From assembly GCA_048013815.1 (NCBI GenBank), contig CM106586.1, forward strand, positions 16,678,001 through 16,742,000: a stretch of DNA of 64,000 bases. Direction: 5' to 3'. Origin of the DNA: Setoptus koraiensis. Its lineage: Eukaryota; Animalia; Arthropoda. Position 1 is the stretch's first letter, and each line of letters starts with the position of its first letter. Both the position numbers and the translations under genes were made by a program. This document shows positions 55,701 through 64,000 of the stretch, in pieces. The notes under the pieces were generated by a model. It saw only the letters and a program-made list of their open reading frames with translations. It was not told the origin of the DNA and did no database searches.

Positions 55701-58700
55701 TACTTGCAAATGCTGGCCAACTACAACAACAACAACAACCTGTTGCATCAGCAGCAGCAGCAGCAAGCCGGCGGCCCCTGCAAGCAGTTGTCGGTGCGCG
55801 ATTTGTGTCGGGCCATTGTGGACGACAACGACAATTATCAGGGCGCCTATCAAATGGGCGCCACGAAGATATTTCTGCGCCAATTTGTGGCACAGGAATT
55901 GGAACAGAGGCGCCTGGACACATTGCGAGAGGCCAGCATGTTGCTGCAGCGCACAATGTGCGGCTGGTCCGTCAGGCGGCGCTACGTGCGCATGCGACAA
56001 GCCGCAATTACGATCCAGGCCAATTGGAGGCGCCACAAGCAGCGCCAGGCGTACATCCGGTTGGTGGGGGCCGCTGTGGTGGTGCAAAAGCAATGGAAAA
56101 TGTTGATTACGAGACGCAGGTATTTGCGCGAGCTAACCAGATGGCGCCAGCATCGCCAGCAGCACGCGCAACACGCGCAACACAAATTGGCCAGCAACGA
56201 ACCGGAAGTGCACGCCGGTAAACAGGCGAAACAGGCGCAACTTCCGGCCGACCTGTGCGGGCTGCTGCTGAGCGGGCAACAAGACCGCGTTAGGCCCGCT
56301 AATATGGCCAATCTAATGTCCACAAATCAGATGGCCGACGGGGTGCTGGAGCGGCGCTACAAGTTGCCGCACAACTTCAACCAATGTGATATAAACAAAT
56401 TCATAAAGCTCTACTATCACACTAATCCCATCGGGTACCCGCAGCGCCCGAGCGGCGGCGCCCACAAGAAGCCCGCGGCGCCGGTCGCCATTAAGCGGCC
56501 CTATCTGGCCAAGAGCGCCAGCGACACCGCCCGGCTGTCACTGCAATTGTACTCGATGATATTGCGCTACATAGACGCGGATGTCAGCGGCATTTTGGGG
56601 CCGCTCGGCTCGACTTTGGCGAGCCAACACGGCGAGCATCCGCTGGCCGCCAGCAAGACCAGCCAAATGAAGCTAATCAGCGACTATGTGGTCAGCAAGG
56701 CGCTCCAATATAGCGAGCTTCGCGACGAAATCATAGTGCAAATAATCGGGCTCAGCTGGAACAATCCCCGGCTGGCCAGCCAAGAGAATTGCTGGAAATT
56801 GCTGGCCAATTGTCTCAGCTGCTTCGGGCCCTCGAGGCGCCTGTACAAGTACGTGCTGAAGCATCTGAGCGACTACGTGGACGACGAGCGATACCGATGC
56901 ATGTGCCAAGAGAAGCTGCTCCAATACGACACAATGGGGCCCTTCGACGACGACGCGCTGCCGCCGCCGCAGCAGCACAACGCAGACCAACTGGGGCCCC
57001 CTGGCGGCTCCAACACGCGCCACACGGCGCACCACCGGCACTGGCCCACCAGTCTGCTCGAGTACAAGGCCAACGAGCTGGCCAAGGACATTCTGTTTGA
57101 GGCGCACTTGCCCGGCGCGGCGGGCGCGACCGGCCCGCCGCAGCCCGCCACCGTCATGCAAATAGACTCGTGGACGACGGCGGCCAAGTTTGCCAGCGCC
57201 ACGCTGCTGCACCACAACATTGATCTGGCCCAGTCGTTCGGCTGGTCGCTCGACTTCGTGCGGCACCCGGCCAGCCGGCCCGCAGAGGCCGCCGGCAACC
57301 GGCCCACAGAGGCCAAGAGCGACTATCTCGTCAGGGGCGACCAGTTTCTGTTGGATCTGGTGGCGGCGGGCGAGCTGCCGGGCGAGCTCGCCTTCTCGGC
57401 GGGCGCCAGCGGCACACCGCACAAGTTGGCCCGGCCGGCGCCCAGCGGCCGCGGCCGATACCCGAATGAGTACGAGCTGAATTTCGACGCGTCAGAGCCG
57501 CAATCGCTGCCCCAGATAAACACGCGAAATCAGGGCGCCATGTTGCGCGAAAATCAATACGATCAACTGGACGATTTGGACCTAGAAAACGACGACGATC
57601 GGCTGCAATCGATGCCCGTGGTCAGACAACAGCAAGCCGGGCCGGTGCGGTTGTCGCACACCAGCAAACTGAACAGGCGCTACGTGCAAAACGCGGACGC
57701 CCGAGACCCGGCCCAATACCCGAGACAGCAGCAGCAGCAGCCAGCTATGAACGCGAGCCAGCAACAGGCGAAACGCGACTCGAAATCCCGTTCGCGATCG
57801 GGGCCCCTCGCCCAATATCCGGCGCAACAGCAGAATGCGCAACATCCGCTGTCGCAGCGCCACCACCAGGGTCACTATCAGCAGCAGCAGCAGAGGGCCA
57901 ACACCATTTACGACAAGCGAGACATAGAGAAATTGCAACAGCAGCGCCAAATGCAACAGCATCAACACCAATACAACAGTCAATATCCGGATATGCGATC
58001 GGGCGCCGATTCGTCGTTCAACAATCGCAGCATGTCGCTGCAGGAGCTACAATTGGCCTCGTCCGCTCTGAACGGGCGCTACTTTGGGGCCCACACGCGG
58101 CCGTCAGACACGGGCGTGCCTGGCGTGTCCGGCATGCAGCCCGGCGGACCCGAGCCCAAGTCGGCGGGCAAGCAGCCGTCGGGCGCGCACCAGCGCCACA
58201 GACGCAGCAGCTCGGGTTCCGGGTCGCACGTGGGCCCGGCCACGCGAGGCCAACAGGATGCGATTGCGTCACAACAGGAACAGATGGCCGGCTCGGCGAG
58301 CGCCAGGCACAACAACCACGGCAACAACAACAGCAACCACGGCAACAGCAGCAACCAGTGGTTGCCAAATAGCCGCTCGGGCCCGTCGCAGCAGGCGAGC
58401 GGCCCGGGCAACCGGCCCGCGTCAAAGAGTCATTACGACAAAATAGCGGATATTCATCAGCAACAGCAGCAGCATCATCACAACAAACAAACTATTGCCA
58501 ACGACGCCAAGACGCAGAAGAGTAGAGCCAAAAGCGGAAGTGGCCGGCAGCAGCAACACAACGAGCAGCACTACAACATGTATCAGTCGGACCATGACAG
58601 TTTCATCATGGCCGCGCACGGAGGCGCCGGCTCCATGATGCCCGATTACGTGCGCAGCTCGGCCATGTCGGACACGGGCAGCGAGGCGCCCTCGTTGGCG

Positions 58701-61700
58701 TCGCACGTGAAAACGGTGAAAGTGCCCACAAACAACAAGGACCTCGACCAGTATCTAGACGATCTGTTCAACCCGGTGCTGGACGACGCCGATCTCGACG
58801 ACCTGAGCGACGCCCGATCGCTGGCGGCCTCAATTCGCGGCACGGGCGGCCCCCAGAGGGCGCCCACTGTGCCCGCAACTAGCGACGACAACACGCCACC
58901 AGACACAAATCAGCCACCTAGCGGCCAAGTGAGTGCAACAAGCAAGCAGCAAGATGATGCAGCGCCACACAACAAGCAAGTCAGTCAACAACCAAGTGCC
59001 AAGGGCGACACAGCGGAGCAACAAGGCTCAGTTTGTGGCCCGCCACCACCAACAACAACAACAGCAACAACAACACCAGCGACAGCAACAACAACAGCAA
59101 CTACAACAGCAACAACAACACCGGAAGGCCAGACCAAACCGGAAGTAGCCAATACACAAGTGATTGCGCAATCAGCGCCCTCAAGCCAGCAATCAGTGCC
59201 ACACAATCAGCAGCAGCGCGCCTTTCTGGCGTCGGCCGTGCAGCAGAATTTGCACATTCAGCAGCAATTGTTGCAACAAAACGAGGCCCTGCAACAATTG
59301 CTGCAAACGCAATCGCAGCAAGATCAGCAACAACCGCCAAACTCAGCCCAGACAGCTGACCGGACAGCTGACCGGACAGCTGACGGGATGGCGCCCCCGC
59401 TGCCGCAACAGACCAACCAAGTCGCGAGCGGCCAAATTGAACAGCTGACCCAAGGTCTGCTGTCGGGTCCCGTGGGCGCGCACCAGTCGCCGCCTGAAAC
59501 CGCTCACAGCAATCAGCCCATCAGTGACATTGACGTGCTCGTGCCGTGCCTAGACACTTGTGGCGACGCCAAGACGCAAGTCACAATTGACGGCGCCAAT
59601 CAGCAGCAACTGATGCAACAATTGAACAAGATGAACTTGCACGAATTGCAAACGCTCAACAATCAGCTCACCAGCGAGCTCAATTTGCTGCAACAGGCCG
59701 TGTCGGGTAAGCTGGCCAGCGCCTCTACCGGTCAGCGGGCCAACGAGAGTGCAGTAGCAGCAGCAGCCAATAAATCAGTGATAACAGAGCAATTGTCAAA
59801 CATACCAGTGCCACCCCCGCAGCCAAATTTCGACAGCATGTCGCCCTCATACTATGACAGTGAGCAGCAAACAGGCGCCAAGCGGGCGTCAAACCCGCAT
59901 CAGCAATCAGTGGCCAAAAGCGGCTCAGACGACCAACAAGCGGCCAGCTCGATTCCCGTTGACGTTTATGGACGCGCCAAGACGGTCCGCATAGGTAGGT
60001 GGCGCTGGCCGCCGCCGAGACCCGACCAGGCAGCCAAATCAGCGACCGGCCCCGACAGCGATAATCACAACAAACAGTCAGCTGACAGTCAGCAAACAGA
60101 GACAAGTGAGCCAGCCGTCAAACCGGAAGTGCCAACCGCCAGCGCCTCAGCAGTGCAAGCGAATGAGCTAGCCACTTCCGGTTTGCAAGAATTGCCAGCC
60201 GGTGACACTGGCAAGCAGTTAGCTAAAATGAATGCCGGTGCAGCCGGCAAACAGCAGGCGGCAGCACCGGCGCCATCGGACGGCCTGCTCAGGGGCAGCG
60301 GCAAGAAAATAAGCTCGCTGCTCGCGAATACCCAGGCGGGCATAATCGGCAGCATCGGCAAGTTGCGCATCAGCTCGGAAATGAAGGCCAAATTGGAACA
60401 ATTGACCAGCGCATCGGACACAACCGGGACCGCGCCGGCGCACGCCGAGCCCGCGGGACCCGCAGCGGGTTCCTTGCCGGACAAGGAACAGTCAGTGGAC
60501 GTGAGGCGTCTGTCCAATCAGCGCCGCAACCTGTTGGAGTTGCAGCTGAGCGGCACCTCCAATCAGTTCAACCTGGTCAATTCGGGTGCGGGTGCGGGCG
60601 CGGCAGCGGCGGCGGCCACCGTCACGGACGACCCGCAGCCGCCGCCCCCGCCGCCTCCGCCCGCACTGAAGGCGGCCGAGCTGGGCGGCGTCAACCTGGT
60701 CAAGTCGGCCAAACAACAATTGGCGGCGGCCATGGCCGACACTAGCCGCTCGGACACTCACAGGCGCCAGGCCATCGGGTCGCCGCCCGCGGCCTTGAAC
60801 ATCGGCCAAGCAGAATCGCCCCCAGCGGCGGCAGCGCCGGCTGCGGACACTGATGCATCGGACGACGGCTCGCAAGTGGCGCCCGCCAGCAATCAGTCGA
60901 TCGTGAACATGGAGCGAGCCTGTCGGCAGATGCGCGACGAACTGGGGCCCTATCACGCCAATCAGCTGCAGCAAAACAGCGCCAATCAGCTGCTCAAGAA
61001 GCGCGGGGGCCCCGGCTTGTGCCAGGCAATGTCGGCCAGCAGCGACCACTTGGCCGAGGCCAGCCAATACCAGAAGCAGCAGCTTGCGAAACAGCAGCAG
61101 CAGCAACAAACACCGGCCAAATTGGCGGCCAACTTTCCCACAAACAATTTGGCCACTTTTCAGCACTTGACCGGAAGTAGTTTATCTGTCCAATTGTTGT
61201 CCACCAGTCAGGCGGGCGGGGGCCACTTGGCGCGAATGGGGCCAGCAAGTCAGTTGTCGGCCGCCGGGCCTGGCTGCAATGTTGACGGCGAGCGCAATTT
61301 GCACGGTGCGGTGTCGTCGCCGTCGTTTGCGATGCTCATGCTGCAACCGGAAGACGGCGAGTCGGCGGATGCTGCGCAGCTGATTGCGCAACAGCGCATG
61401 AAAAAGCAACAGCTGAAAGGGGGCCCCTTTGCCGACCAACTGCACAGCCAATTTTGTGACACGAAGGGGGGCGCCAAGCTGACGCGCGCCACTCAAATGG
61501 CCAACAATTTGCACGAGATTGGGAAATTGTCGCCGCCCGCGGCGACGCCCACGCCGCCCGTTGCGGCCGGCACCGGAAGCTCGCTGCAGCAGCAGCAGCA
61601 ACAACAACAGCAACAGTGGGTCTGCTCGCCCGACAATCGGGCTCCGCTGGCCGGCGCAAGCGGCAAATCGCTGGCAAAGGGCGGCGGCGCCGCCGGGGGC

Positions 61701-62579
61701 GACGCGCAAATCAGCGAGCTCACGTCGGCCTCGCACAACAACGACAGCGACCGGCATTTGTTGCGCAACCCGTACCTCAAGTACGACTTGCGTCGCACCA
61801 GGTGGAGCGCGCGCCTGCGCAAGGAGTTGTTTTTGCCCAGCGAGAGGCTGGACAATCCGATGGTGACGCAATTGATTTACAATCAGATTTTGGGCGACAT
61901 CAACAATCGTCACTGTGTCAGGCTCGGCCACGACGAGCGGCTGGCGCTGCGAGCGCAATTGAGCAAGCAACATCAACAGCCGACTGGCGGCAACAACAGC
62001 AATCACAGGGCCCACTCGCTGCAACTCAAACGGGATCTCATCAAACTGGCCAGATCGTTTCCGGTTTATTTTGCGCGCTTATATCCGGTCAACGGGCAAG
62101 CAGTGCGGCCAGTGTGTGCAAACAATACTAGTTACAATGATGACACTGATCAGCGTCGCCGCAATAGGCGTGCCGGACGCCATCAAACGGGGCCCGGTTG
62201 TTCGGGCGCCAGTTCGGGCGGACATCATTACGCCGTGGCCGGGCACGACAACAGCTGCGACTCGGGCGGCAGCTCGTGCAATCAGTCGGACGACGACGAG
62301 CCAGAGCGCGACGACGATCGGGACATGATGGCCAGCGACCAGGACGAACGAAGTGACCGCATCGATTACCTGGGCATTCATCACTCGGGATTGCGCCTCT
62401 TACAGGTACGCGAATGGTCGGGCGTGGAGGGCGAGCCCGTTCAGTTTCACCTGGTGGACACAATCAAGTACAGGGATTTGGCGCAAGTGTCCGTCAAGCA
62501 ACAAGCGCACCGTCGTTCGAGCGTGCTCACCATCAGCTTGCGGTCCACGGGCTCGTGGCTGAGCGTGCACAGTCCACAG
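52737..62579 (+). CDS. Myo15: Unconventional myosin XV (Myo10A/sisyphus-like), giant first coding exon; 3' exons not identified in the window
   Basis: N-terminal SH3-like LGDLVWFEP; motor with GPSGAGKT, NDNSSRFGK, DFFGFE, LDDECNFPKATDQSFVEKCHYNH, RFVSMKPRQPTVSAKF; IQ motifs; MyTH4 (RDEIIVQI..CWKLLANCLSCFGPS); arthropod Myo15 tail blocks SEAPSLASHVK..DLSDARSLAASIRG, YGRAKTVRIGRWRWPPP and IGKLRISSEMKAKLEQLT. A strong phase-0 donor CCACAG|GTAAGT is at 62579/62580. The start codon is provisional. Confidence 0.93.
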
Positions 62580-63006
62580 GTAAGTCGATATCGGCCCATA
62601 TTGTTGGCTGAGATTTGCCATCATGTTGGCCTTAGAATTCTGTCTGAATAGAATGTCTGAGCAGTCAGAATCGCTTGAGAATTGAGATTGGTCCACGAGC
62701 CATTGGAATGGGCCCGCATTGAAACTGTTCCGCGGGCACCCCCGCTTAATGTCCGATTGAGCGTCCGATTGAGCGATAATGGCCCAAGACGCAACAAACA
62801 CGAGCAACAATGCAACAATCGATCTAGGCAGACCGGTCGTGATTGAGCTTTGATAATCAGAGTGCGACTAGTTTATTATCGCGGCCAGGTATCGTAATTA
62901 CACAATGTAATTTACATTGATACCGTCAGAACAGATTGATGGCGTCACCATACGTTGACCAAGGTGTTAAATGATTTGACTGTGTGTGATTTAACAATGT
63001 AATCGC

Positions 63007-63108
63007 GCCAACAGACTCTGCGAACAGACTCTGCGAACAGACTCTGCGAACAGACTCTGCCAACAGATTCTGCCAACAGACTCTGCCAACAGATTCTGCC
63101 AACAGATT
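63007..63108. repeat. 13-nt minisatellite (GC[C/G]AACAGA[C/T]TCT) about x8, in the myosin intron
   Basis: Tandem copies. Confidence 0.9.
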
Positions 63109-64000
63109 TGAATGCGAGCACCAAACCGTTAATTATCAAGCGTGCATTACGCATTACGCAATCGATGACATCGATCGGCTCGCCTGCTGGCTGACCGATC
63201 GGCGTTGCGTAATGCATCAAGCCGGCATAATCCAGGTGATAACAGTGTTATCATGACACAGGTGATAGAGGTGACACGAGTGACACGAGTGACAGGGCTG
63301 ACATTGGCGTGATCAGCTTGTCGGCCACACCAATATCAATGAGCCGGACAAGTGAGTGTTACGTAAGGCTGTGCTGAGATTGGCGATGCATCGCGATCTG
63401 GCGTGTCAACTAGCCACAAATTAGCATTGATTTCGGGCCGGGTGCCGATGGTTGGGTGGCCAGTGGCCATTGAGTGACCACTAAACTGACTGCAACAACA
63501 AAACTGACTGAGCTAACTGCAACAACTAAACTGACTCAACTGACCGCTGCACTGTCCAGCTAAATTGAGCTTATCAATTTCGGGCATCTAAATGAACCCT
63601 TGCTCAACAAAACCGCTGATACCTTTAGATAGATACCGGCAGATAGACGGCGTTGCGCAACAGTTAGCAGCCAGTAGCGGGCCACCCAAGCCAGCCAGCC
63701 AACGAACCGTTATCTCATCAATATCCATTGGGCATTTGCGTCAAGTTCATTCGGTTGGCTCGAGTGGCTCAATTGGCTCAATTGGCTCGAGTGGCTCAAT
63801 TGGCTTGTAAAATAACAAAATAGCAAAACATGGCAAGCGAAAATAGCCAGACAGTTACTTCTGGCACAGACAGAGACAGCCAGACGGCGGCCAGTTGGCT
63901 AAACGGCCAGGGCTGGGCCGGCTTTTTTCGTCGTTTAGTTGCTTATGCAACAAACGAGTTGGCGGCCACGCTCGCCAATTCCAATTGGCAGTCCGATCCG

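Noticed and set aside
62580-62651. Last 23 codons and stop of the 3304-aa myosin ORF
   Set aside because: This is read-through past a consensus CAG|GTAAGT donor. The protein still lacks the SH3, second MyTH4 and FERM expected for class XV.
1-64000. tRNA, rRNA, telomeric repeats, known conserved miRNAs
   Set aside because: None was recognised by eye; tRNAscan-SE and Infernal were not run, so small RNAs cannot be excluded.

Overview
Eukaryotic animal DNA with arthropod-type proteins. It is intron-poor and microsatellite-rich, which is most consistent with a mite such as an eriophyoid, but the taxon is inference only. No prokaryotic, CRISPR, rRNA or tRNA features were seen. About 42 kb is one minus-strand extradenticle (exd/PBX) locus. 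It has two paralogous candidate first coding exons (41417-41624 and 29325-29574), each encoding the PBC-A N-terminal segment. Both can splice in phase to a shared exon 2 (6043-6299, GC donor) and exon 3 (28-218); the homeodomain exons lie beyond the left edge. A single-exon group III secreted phospholipase A2 is nested antisense between the two first exons. An AT-richer compact block holds ESF1 (+) and RTEL1 (-) with directly abutting stop codons, followed by an orphan Pro/Ser-rich secreted-type protein (-). Myosin XV (+) follows, with a ~9.8 kb first coding exon that continues past the right edge. The most notable signals are the duplicated exd promoter/first-exon module with a shared 27-bp upstream element, clusters of PBX/MEIS-type motifs inside exd, strong enrichment of RTTRCGTAAY bZIP-type sites, candidate recursive splice sites, and reciprocal poly(A) signals embedded in the ESF1/RTEL1 coding ends. 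All counts and alignments were made by eye.
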